Source: Octopus sinensis
Taxonomy: Eukaryota
DNA: 64,000 nucleotides
NCBI RefSeq assembly: GCF_006345805.1
Contig: NC_043004.1
Location: forward strand, 86,180,001 to 86,244,000
Direction of reading: 5' to 3'
The notes under the pieces are model-generated. The model was given only the letters and a program-made list of their open reading frames with translations, had not been told where the DNA came from and made no database searches. Below, in pieces: positions 52,601-63,265 of the stretch; the stretch's first letter is position 1, and the number at the start of each line of letters is the position of its first letter. Position numbers and translations under genes: made by a program.

Positions 52601-53539
52601 AAGAAAAAGAATAAATACATAACGACAAGCTTAATCTATTTTTGTATGTAGTTATAGAGTTCTCTTATTAACCTACACACACGCGTTTCGACTTTTAAAA
52701 TGCTCTTCAGTAAAAAGACAAGGTTTCTAGCGACGCTAAAATTTGAAATATATAAACTAAATTAAGAGGGTAAAAAACATCTGAATGAAAGGAGTTGCTG
52801 AGATCTATATGAATATCAAGCATTTAAACTAACATTATTCTATCTTAATAAATAGTTATTTGCACAGTGAACTGTGAGATTTGAAACAACGACGAGCATA
52901 TTTGTCTTTAATCCGTTAGCATTTAAATCGGCCATAACCGGCCAAAATATTCCACCTGTTTTATGTTCAAACTAGCCAGATCCAGTCTCTTGTACATACC
53001 CTACAATGTCATTCTAATGAGATACAACCACATCATCAAAGTCTTAAAGCTTCGTGTTATGAATAAATAAGTATTACATCTGACAGACCAATCTGCGAAT
53101 GGGTTAATACATACCGTATGTTCGAACGCAAATATGCTTATCACAAGAGAACAGCTTCTTTTTACGAAGGGATCTCATAACAGGCTGATGAGACTTGCTA
53201 CTTGTACCATGTAAACCATGAGACCTGCTACTTGTCTCTTGGTAGTTGGGGTATCTGGAGATTCAGCAGGATTAAAAACATAACTAGTCGAACGGTTGAT
53301 GAGCTCCTTGTGGGTCAACAGCCATTCAATTGGGGGAAAATAATGGCAAACCAGCCCAATATCTCTGCCTGGGAAACACTGAGAAAGTCAGAACTAAGTA
53401 ACGCTACGGCTTCATCCGATGTGAGGACTCGCGCTTAATCGGGAAGAATTTCGTTGTAATGCCATCAAAGTGCAACAAATATCGTACGATACATGACAAC
53501 GACGTCGTGATCCTTACATTCTCAGCTCATTGGCACAAG

Positions 53540-53594
53540 GGTGTCTTGGACACCGGTGTTTCGACATATTGCGCCTCGTCAGTCAGATCTCACC
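53540..53594 (-). ncRNA. Type I hammerhead ribozyme motif (Penelope-like), degenerate stem I
   Basis: Minus strand: CUGACGA GGCG-caata-UGUC GAAA CAC-CG-GUG UC; canonical GUC site; palindromic stem III loop; stem I (ggtg..tctga / caagacacc) only partly paired. Confidence 0.6.
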
Positions 53595-53943
53595 AAACTA
53601 TTTAAGCCTAAGCAAGATAACCAGTTTTATCTACAATTTTAGCGTGCAAAATAATTTGCTGACTCATGCTTCTTTCTGCCAAGCAATGAAAGAAATCGTT
53701 ATTTGCACTGTGCACAGCGAGATTTGAAATGAGGGTTTGCATATTTGTTCTTAATACACAGATTCGAACATAAATATGTTAATCCATGGTGTGTACGTCA
53801 CAGGAGACCAGCTCTTCCTTTGCAACAACTGCGTGTTCATTGAACACACGATCCTTTCGTGCAAGAGATACAATGTGCCATTTGTATATTTAGAGCAAGG
53901 GCTCCTGCTGGCCACAAATAGAGACAATAATTATCTCAACATA

Positions 53944-54490
53944 CAAATTTATATAGGCGCAGTTTCCCTCCGAACCATATTGTTCCGGGTTCAGTCCCAA
54001 TGCATGGCTCCTTGGGCGAGTATATTCCACTATAGTGCCGGTCGACCAAAGCCTTATTGATAAGTGAATTTGGTAGATAGAAACTGAAACAAGCCTGATG
54101 TGTGGGGGTACATATATATATCTGTGTGTGTGTGCGTGTATGTGTGTGTCCACCAGTGCTTGACAAGCCGGTGTTGGTTTGTTAACGTTCCTGTAACTTA
54201 GCATTTCGGCAAAAGTGCCCGATAACATAAGTAGCAGAATTCAAATATATATATGTAAATGTTAAGTTACTGGAACGTTAACAAACCAACACCGACTATC
54301 AAGCACTGGTGGACACGCACACATACACGCACACACACAGATATGTATATGTACCCCCACACGTCAGGCTTGTTTCAGTTTCTATCTACCGAATAAAAGC
54401 GGTGGCGTCGATTCGTTCGACTAAACCACTTTAATACATTGCTCCAGCATGGTCGTAGTCTAATGACTGCAACAAGTAAAAGATAAAAGA
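53944..54490 (+). mobile_element. SINE family A copy with internal inverted duplication
   Basis: 54068-54200 and 54263-54394 are reverse complements inside a single SINE. Confidence 0.8.
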
Positions 54491-54724
54491 TAGAAGATAT
54501 CTCCTCAGTCGGGAAAATATATAAGAATTGGTTGTTTGATGATTTTTACAATAAAATTAGTGAACTGGTCTCACCAAGTCTAGCTCCATCACAAAGGCCT
54601 TCTCAATGACACCTGACCTTTTAATTAAGGGTATTGATGGAATATACAGCTGTTCTTGAATGTTCTGATATAAGATAGAATACACATCAGCGGGTGGGTG
54701 TATGCGTACGTGTATATACATACA

Positions 54725-54794
<70 letters not shown>

Positions 54795-54932
54795 AATGTG
54801 CGCGGGCATTCTATGTTAGAGCGTAGTGTGTTGTGTGTGTATGTATGTGTGAGTACAGACACGTATATATATATACTTTGGTGTTTATCTAATGATCATT
54901 CTCTGACCCTTATCCTGAATGCTTGTTTTCCT

Positions 54933-54963
<31 letters not shown>

Positions 54964-55007
54964 TGATGTATGTATATATATATATATATATATAATATAT
55001 ATATAAA

Positions 55008-55053
<46 letters not shown>

Positions 55054-55462
55054 GCATTTTCTTTTCAAATCTAACCTTGAAAATTTTCCTCGCCTCCCAT
55101 ATTTCTGTCTGGTTACCTCCTTCTAACAAGTGCATCACCCAGGCCCTATCTTGTTTTTACAAGTTCCTTATCTCACTCTCCACCCTATAACATACATACA
55201 ATCAGCCACCAGACACACACACACACACACATACATATACACACTGTCATTCACAGAGGCACACAGAATTATACATACACACACATAGCTGTATACAGTT
55301 TTGTTTTTCTCTTTTGGCTGAACTCAAAGATTTACAGTAACACCCTTCCTTCCTCCATTGCGGTGTCAAGATGGTTATCTTCACGTAGGTGTAGTGTATT
55401 GCGCGCGCGCATGTATGTATATATATATATCTGTATGTATGTGTGCATGTATCATATAAATA

Positions 55463-55526
<64 letters not shown>

Positions 55527-55591
55527 TATAAAACCACACACATACATGTACATATATTGTATACCATACATGCATATATATATATATATAT

Positions 55592-55634
<43 letters not shown>

Positions 55635-55707
55635 TATATATGTGTGTATGTGTGTATATATACATATATATATGTCTCTCCCCCCCTCTCTCTCTCTCTC
55701 TCTCTCT

Positions 55708-55745
<38 letters not shown>

Positions 55746-56367
55746 TATATATAATATATATATAGATATATACATATATAGATACATATACATACACACA
55801 TATATTTATACATGTATGTATAAGCATCTATGTACATATATATATATAATACATATACATATACATTATATACATATATGTATATAATGTATGTATGTGT
55901 GTATATATAAATGTATGTATGTATGTATGTATGTATGTATGTATGTATGTATGTATGTATGTATACACACACATACGTACACATGTATAAAAGTTCCTGT
56001 CACACCAGTTGAATGAATGAATAACTGTTTTACTACATCTGAGGTTTAAATTCCTGGCGTCTCTTCATCCCTTCTAAACCAACATAAATTATCAGCCAAC
56101 CGTATCTACCTCCCACCCTTGGCCATAGACCTTTAATAATGACTTCAGCTGCCACCTAATTCATATAGGGTCCCACGTCCCCACAACCCCTTGTTCTGCT
56201 TACCAAAAGTAGCCCACTCGGCAGCCGTGCATTCGTCGCTTACATTGGTGGTGCTCAACCATTTTTCGCGGGTGGCGGGTCACCCATGTAACCTTTTTGG
56301 TTCCTATTCAACTTTGCTGGCCCACCCCACAGACGTTTTTAAAAATAGCCTACTGTATTATTAAATA

Positions 56368-56737
56368 CTAGCACTATGACCTGGCAACGCTGGGTCATAG
56401 TGCTAGTGCATGCATATACAGCTGCGTTCGTGCACACAAACACGCGAGTACTGTCCCAATCTCCGACCAATCACATACAGCTAGCTATCATTCGATTGGT
56501 GTATCAAGTTTCGGGCATTTTGATAGGGTTTTGGATAGAAAATTCACAAAAATGTCACTTCTATTGATTTTTTAATGGCTTTGCGGGGTGACTGGGAAAA
56601 TGTAAAGATGTGCACGACCACCCTTGGACGGTTTTAAATGACCATAGAAAGTGCGAGCCCTCTAACTGAAAAATTGTGGATTTGTATAAAGGACACACAC
56701 ACACACACAGACATTTTGCCGTTTATATATAGCGAGA
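56368..56737 (-). mobile_element. Non-autonomous Helitron
   Basis: Minus strand begins A|TCTCGCTATATATAAAC and ends gacccagcgttgccaggtc-atagtg-CTAG|T: 5'-TC, subterminal hairpin, 3'-CTAG, A/T insertion site, no TSD. Confidence 0.8.
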
Positions 56738-56827
56738 TTATTAGGAATTGTACAAGATTTGAAATCTGTATACCGTAAAAGAATAACCAATTTATTGGAC
56801 GTTAATTTTAACAATATCTTGCGATAA

Positions 56828-57044
56828 CGAGATGGTGCTGTAATATTCCTGGCTTTGGGTAAAAGAATATACAGGAGATTCAGTTAATCGTGACTTTATT
56901 CGCCATACTCCCCTCTCAGGATCACACACTTATTGCAGCGGCCCTTCAGTTTTTCTAAGCCCTGTAAAAGAACTCGGAACGTTGAGCTTTCAACTAGGCC
57001 TTTTACGATACCCTTAAAGTCAAGAACTTTTCAGCACCCTCTTG
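56828..57044. mobile_element. Mariner-type MITE
   Basis: Degenerate TIRs cgagatggtgctgtaatattcctggcttt / aaagtcaagaacttttcagcaccctcttg, followed by TA. Confidence 0.65.
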
Positions 57045-57754
57045 TACTTGTAAGGATCATAGGACCTGTAAGGGTCGTACGTATACTAAACGGCCGCCTC
57101 CCATCGGAAGAGAAGCTGATGGTTTCGCCCATTTTGAGTTCGTTATGTAGATCGAGACCATCAACGTCCCTGGCGCCTCCAGTCATTCGCTTTAGTCAAA
57201 TACTATTAACAATTTCTCTAATTAATTAACACTGACCTTTTAGTCTTTTACTAGTTTCAGTCATTGGACAGCGGCCATGTTGGAGCATCTCTCTGTAGGG
57301 TTTAAGAAAATAAGTCAACAACGGTGTTTATATTTTTAAAGCTTAGTACTTGTTCTATCAGTTTCCTTTTACCGAACCACAATGTCACGCGGACATAAGC
57401 AAACCGACGCCGGTTGTCAAACATTGTGGGGAAGGCAGACACAGATACAATGACATAGACAAACATATATTGTTTTCAAATATTGGCACAAGGCCAGCAA
57501 GTTCGGGGCAAGGGCTAAAGGGCTAAGTCAATTACACCGACCCCAGTACTCAACTGGTATTTATTTCATCGACCCCATAATGCAAATTCGACCTGCGCAC
57601 AATTTGAACTCAGGAAATTAAGACGGCGTTTATTCATGTAATATAAGACTTTCCAAACGGTTCTATTTTCAAAGATGACTTCAAACCCAAGGCCTCCGCG
57701 CAAATAAAACTGACCCATCCTCACCATTTCAAATGTCATTCTTGATTTTACTAA

Positions 57755-58080
57755 GTGAAGGCGCGTGGATTAATGGTTATGGGTATTCAGCTCACGATCG
57801 TACAGTCGTGTGTTCGATTCCCGGCGGCGCGTTATATCGTTGAGCAAGACGCTTTACTTCATATTGCTCCAGTTCACTCTGCCGGCAAAAATGAGTTGTA
57901 TCTGTAATTCAAAGGGAACAGCCTTGTCACATTCTGAGTCACGCTGAACCTCATTGAGGACTACGTCAAAGGTTCACGTGACTGTAAAGTGCTCAGCCAC
58001 TTTCATGTTAATTTCACGAGCAGAGTGTTCAGTTTATCACATCAACTGGAACTCTCGTCGTCGTAATCGACGAAGGACCA
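57755..58080 (+). mobile_element. SINE family C copy
   Basis: Head ggcgcgtggattaatggttatgggtattcagctcacgatcg..gtgttcgattccc; body homologous to 3207-3930. Confidence 0.8.
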
Positions 58081-58311
58081 GTTTTGTTATTTTGGGTAAG
58101 GTAAGTTTTTGCTCATGTGTTACACTTATCGTTATTGCTGTTGTGTTGTTGTTGTTGTTGTTGTTGTTAACAACATCAACCACATTTTATGTGTCAATGT
58201 TAATTAATTAATTAATTTTGTACATAGAAATATTGTTTAGTTTTTTTGTTTGTTGAACTGTGCGTGATTGTGCATTTTATAGTTAGCATTTTGTTCCTTT
58301 TCTGTATTAAC

Positions 58312-58889
58312 CAGTGGTTTTCAGCCGGGGCCCATATGATCCTTGCGGGGTTCATATGACCGTTGGGGGTTCATAAGATATTTGACGTCCATATAAGATC
58401 TTTCTTGGCAAAATTTATGCGAAATAAATTGCTTTTATTTCATCAATACATCAAATGTTTGTTCCTTCTCGAGCCATGCCTGGCTCATAAGGGCCGGTTT
58501 TCCGGTTTCCTTGGCGTATAGGTTTTCCACCTGGACGGGACGCCGGTCCCTCGCAGGTGAGATGCAAGAGGAAAGAGTGAGAGAAAGTTGTGGCGAAAAA
58601 GTCAGCAGAAATTTGCCATTACCTTCTGCCGGAGCCGCGTGGAGCTTAGGTGTTTCGCTTATAAACACACACATCGCCCGGTCTGAGATTCGAACCCGCG
58701 ATCCCTCGACCGTGAGTCCGCTGCTCTAACCACTAGGTCATGTGTCTCCACCAATGCATCAAATAGCTTAACCAATTTTTTATGCAATTCTTAATATTTT
58801 ATTCGAAATAGTAGATTCCTGAGTTAACAGGAATCAAAGGGGTACATAGGTAAAATAGGAAAGAAAAAAAAACGGTTGAGAACCACTGG
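58312..58889. mobile_element. hAT MITE interrupted by a tRNA-SINE
   Basis: TIRs cagtggttttcagcc / ggttgagaaccactg; the nested SINE is flanked by caat(a/g)catcaaat direct repeats. Confidence 0.75.
58452..58752 (-). mobile_element. tRNA(Arg-like)-derived SINE
   Basis: Minus strand tagtggttagagcagcggactcacggtcgagggatcgcgggttcgaatc (A and B boxes); the body motif ggcgtcccgtccagg recalls V-domain SINEs (inference). Confidence 0.8.
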
Positions 58890-59614
58890 TTTAAGAAATG
58901 TGTTTTGTTTATTAGAGGGGTGTAACTGCTTGTTGTTATTAATGTAGACGCTATTGTATGAAAAAAAAAACATTTTACATTTTGCTGTCCTGCGTATCGC
59001 ATGTGATACGCAGGGCATACTTACCTCGAATCCTTGCATCATATATGATACAAATTTTCTCCCACCACATGAGTAACTTGGGACCTATGAAAAGAAGGCT
59101 TTGTATCATTCAGAAGATATGATACAAGGGTTAACTAAAAATCTGAGGGCAAACATGGACGTTTAGGACAAGCTTATGAAAAGGATTTGGCAGGCAAACA
59201 GTTAAATGGAGATTCATTTCTATGTCACAAGATATATTTCCCTGACGTCCATACATCATATGTGATTCAAATCCTTAAATCCTTAAAAATGTTTTAGCCC
59301 GAAGGCCGCGGCCATGCTGGGGCACACCACCGCTGAAATGCCCATTTTCTTTTTCAACGAACTGAGTAATTTGGGACTTATGAAAGGAAAGCTTCATATT
59401 ATACAGAACGTATGAAGCAAGGACGAGCTAAAAGCCTAACTAAAGGTTTAACTAAAAGGACAAACTCATGAAAAAGCTTTGGGCAGATAAAAAGGTTACA
59501 AGAAAAGAGAAAATAAAAATAAAAAGTACAACCATTCACGTTTATTTTGCTAAAAATATTAACCACTTGTTTGAGAAACCCGTTTGGTAGAATTCTTATG
59601 GCGAGTGGTAATTC

Positions 59615-59819
59615 TTTCTTATTTTGGCACAGGGCCTGTAATTTCGAGGGAAAGGATAAATCGATTAAATCGACCCCAGTGCTCAACTCCTACTTATTTT
59701 ATCGACCTCGAAATGAGAAAGGCGAAGTCGACCTTGGCGGAATTTGAACTCAGAACGTAAAGACGGACGAAATGTTGTTAAGCATTTTGTGCCAACGATT
59801 CTGCCAGCTCGCCGCCTTA

Positions 59820-59853
<34 letters not shown>

Positions 59854-60090
59854 CTTTTTCTAATTTTGACACAAGGCCAGCAATTTGTTGGGGGAAGGGG
59901 AGTGAGGAAGTCGAAGCTTCCGACCCACTTACTTAACTGGTGCCTTATTTTATCGATACCGAATGCATGAACGGCAAAGTCGACGTCAACGGGATTTCAG
60001 ATCAGGAAATAAAAGAGCAGAGACAAAAACCGTTAAAGCCTCCAACAACATGACATTTTGTTCGACGCTCTAACGATTCTGCCAATTTTA
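59615..60090 (-). mobile_element. Two SINE family B copies separated by (GAT)n
   Basis: aggcgaagtcgaccttggcggaatttgaactcagaacg and a second, more diverged copy. Confidence 0.75.
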
Positions 60091-60323
60091 CTAATACTAT
60101 TAGTAAGGAAAATAATAACAAAAGGAAAATGAAGAGGGAGAAGGGGGAGAGAAGAGGGACAGAAGGAGGAGAGGAAAGGGAGGAGTGAGAACGAAAGAGT
60201 AATGAAAAATGCCTTTTTTTTCCAAAATCGAAAGTCTTTTTTTATTTTTTATTACATTTTTCCTTTTATTATTTTTTATTTTATTTGTTTTCCAATTTTT
60301 TTTTCTTTCTTTCTCCCCCTTAG

Positions 60324-60566
60324 GTGATTGTTACATTGGTAAAGGACGTTGGTATAATGGGACTGTGAACACAACTAAGACTGGCCTTACCTGCCAATCT
60401 TGGTCAGTTGACTATCCCCATTCACATCGACGTCATCCTGATATATTTGCAGAATTAGAGAATTCTGCAAACTATTGCCGAAACCCCGGAGGTGACAATG
60501 ATATGCCCTGGTGTTATGTTAACGACACAAATTCTCGTTGGGCAGCTTGCAATATTTCAAAATGTA
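60324..60566 (+). CDS. Internal exon encoding a complete kringle domain (MuSK/Nrk/ROR-like type)
   Basis: Polypyrimidine tract + TAG acceptor (60321-60323), A|GTAAGT donor (60567); 243 nt, phase 1-1; DCYIGKGRWYNGTVNTTKTGLTCQSWSVDYPHSHRRHPDIFAELENSANYCRNPGGDNDMPWCYVNDTNSRWAACNISKC has all six kringle cysteines and the NYCRNP and PWCY motifs. Confidence 0.95.
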
Positions 60567-60719
60567 GTAAGTATCAGTGTTTTCTCGTATATATATATAT
60601 ATATTTTTTTTCCTACCCCTTTATTTTTGCTTTCGTTTTTATTTTTGTTTTACTTTTTGTTATTTTGGGAGGTGTGGTTTAATTCTCTAGAACATTTAGG
60701 GTAAACTCTTGTGTGTTGA

Positions 60720-61340
60720 AGGTCCTGCTGTATTCTATCATCGAAAGCGAGAGTCGACGACTCGTCAAGCGTGAAGCAGCTCTGTAGGTGTTCCGGCCCC
60801 TTTCACCACGACACCAGAGCAGCCTGCAGGTTACTCACCGATATAGGTGATGAAACTCGCACACGACAGCACGAGCTTTGTTGAATCACATGTCGAAACT
60901 CTTGGCCAGATGTTTCTATTATCCTCAGTAATCGTTCTTACTACAATATTCGTCCTCTGTCTTAAGCCAAATGTAATGGCTTGCTTTCTCAACAACTTCT
61001 GATAAATTTCTGGCATTTTTCTGTCATTCACAGCTAGTACAAAACCCCTAAATATCGAGTGACCCTTAGTTCCACAAAGTCTTCTAAGCTTATCATTATG
61101 GGAAGACATATTGTTTCCCATCCATTGTTTTCAGAAAGGTCAACCAGCTCACTGTACTATCTATCTTTCCCGAGGAAAGCGTCTTCGATGTTCGCTTCCC
61201 AAGGACCTGTCAGCTTTACCATCTTTGTCATCTTCCTTTCCTTACACCACATAACAAGGTCGGGTCTTTTTGTCGCAAAACCATCAAGGTCAGCAGTAAA
61301 CTCCCAAGTCCCCTTCAGCTGACAGCTATATGACATGATC
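60720..61340 (-). mobile_element. HERO-like non-LTR retrotransposon 3' fragment (restriction-like endonuclease)
   Basis: Minus frame WEFTADLDGFATKRPDLVMWCKERKMTKMVKLTGPWEANIEDAF..YSELV..NNGW..LPI and later VVEKASHYIWLK match the RPD..ELTVPWE..KY..GW..EKAS.WIW pattern. Confidence 0.7.
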
Positions 61341-62049
61341 TGGTCAATGTAGATTGAAAGTGAGATTCAGAAGACACAATTTAACCTACGTTCAGCTGGT
61401 GTTTCAGACCGAACAGGTTACGAGATCGAAAGCACCCTGGTGTCTTGGATCACTGTGGGCATTTTGACCACCCAAAATGTTGCAGGCAGCAATACAAACA
61501 GTAGCGCGAGGTGTATCCAGGACACATGACTTCGATGTGGCTAGCTCCCTTAGAGTGTAAGGAGTTAACGACCGAAACATTTGTGTGATGGTCAGGGGTT
61601 TTTCTCTGCAGACTTTCTGCCGTTCAATTCTTCCTAGAATTTTGTGGGCTTTTTTTGTTTGTTTTTGCTAGAACCAATTGACGACGATAGCCAAAGTGGA
61701 ATGAAAGTGAACTCCATGAGATATAATTTACTATATGTTCAACTGGTGCCTCAGACTAAAGTGGTTACCGCATCAAAGGCACCTTTGCTCTCTGGAACAT
61801 CTTTACGACACAGGGAGGTGCAATTTGAAACGCAGACAATACCACACAGTGGGGAAACATAGAAGTATCAAGGAGTCGAAATCTGGATGTGGCCTCCCCC
61901 GCCCCTTAGAGCGTAAGGAGTTAAGGGCTGAACCACATCCATGCGGCGGGTGGGGTTTGGGTCTGCTGTCTGACGACCTTCTGCTGTTCACTTCAACCCG
62001 GACTTTCTTACTATGAGCTACGAGCAAGTAGTATTGATATTGCTTTCAA

Positions 62050-62255
62050 ATTTTGGCACAAGGCCAGCAACTTCAGATGGTGGGGAATAAGTCGGATACA
62101 TTGACCCCAATTTCGACTGGTATTTATTTTATCGACTCCGAAATGACACGCAAAGTCAACCTTGATGGAATTTGAACTCAGGACGTAACGACGGACGAAG
62201 TGCCACTAAGCATTTTGTCCGATATACTAACGAATATACCAGCTTACCGCCTTAA
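62050..62255 (-). mobile_element. SINE family B copy
   Basis: ttttggcacaaggccagcaa..ggaatttgaactcaggacgtaacg..ttaccgcctta. Confidence 0.75.
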
Positions 62256-62536
62256 TTTGTCCGTGTATATTAATACTCGAAATCAATACAAGTACATGGA
62301 TACTCTATATTTTGGATAAAATGCTTCCGAAAACGTTTTTATCTTTATTTTTATTTATTTTGTTTAGTTTTATTTCTTTAATTTATTTATTTATTTATAT
62401 ATTTATTTATTTATTGGATGGTATCGGTAAATAAGGAATGTACACACAAGAGAATATAAGTTCTGCTTTCCCAAAGACAGATATAGTCCATCATTTTTCC
62501 GGGGTCGTACGTGCATGCATAAATACATATAAACGT

Positions 62537-62587
<51 letters not shown>

Positions 62588-62770
62588 GTATGTGTGTGTA
62601 TGCATATGTACATACATACGCACAGACAAACGTACATCCCAACAACATACATAATAAGTACACATACACACACCTATAAACATACATGCCTAAATACGTG
62701 CGTACATACTACACATGCATATAAATACAAGCAGATTTGAATGAACATGCATACATACATACATATACAT

Positions 62771-63265
62771 ATTTGGCGCCCTGGGGCTCTCAAATATGTA
62801 AAACACTGCCTAAATACCAATCTTGAGAAATTAGACTTCTCAAAACCAGAAAGGAAAAAGCTAATTCGAAGACTACACATGCAATCCATCACTGGAACTG
62901 TAAAGATCTGTAAAACATTCCAGAAGTTTATTATTTAAATATATCTGAGCATGTCTAGATATGCAAATATATGCATGAGAATACATACAAAAAACATACA
63001 AATCTGCACATTCATACATACATACATACATACATGTATGCATGCATACATACACATATATATACATACATAGATACATATATACATACATACATATGTG
63101 CATACAAGAATACATACATTCAGACAATCAATGGAACGATAAAAATCTGTAAAACTTTCCTGAAGTTTAGTATGTAAGTGCATATGCGCATGACTAGACA
63201 TGCAACTATATGCTTGAGAATACAAGCATAAACCAAAACATGCAAATCTGCAGATGCACTGACTC
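62771..63265 (+). mobile_element. Two tandem 3' ends of an RLE-type non-LTR retrotransposon in (ATAC)n
   Basis: GALKYVKHCLNTNLEKLDFSKPERKKLIRRLHMQSITGTVKICKTFQKF* and QTINGTIKICKTFLKF resemble the GT.KI..TF C-terminus of R4/NeSL/CRE-type proteins; the 3' UTRs are homologous. Confidence 0.55.

Noticed and set aside
60324-60566. Assigning the symbol MuSK or ROR to the kringle exon
   Set aside because: Similarity is from memory of one domain; no CRD, TM or kinase exons are visible in the window, so orthology cannot be supported.
60770-60830. Permuted hammerhead-like pieces in the HERO 3' UTR (GGUGUC..GGAACACC..UUGACGA on the minus strand)
   Set aside because: Core elements are mutated and in an order that fits no single-chain hammerhead type.
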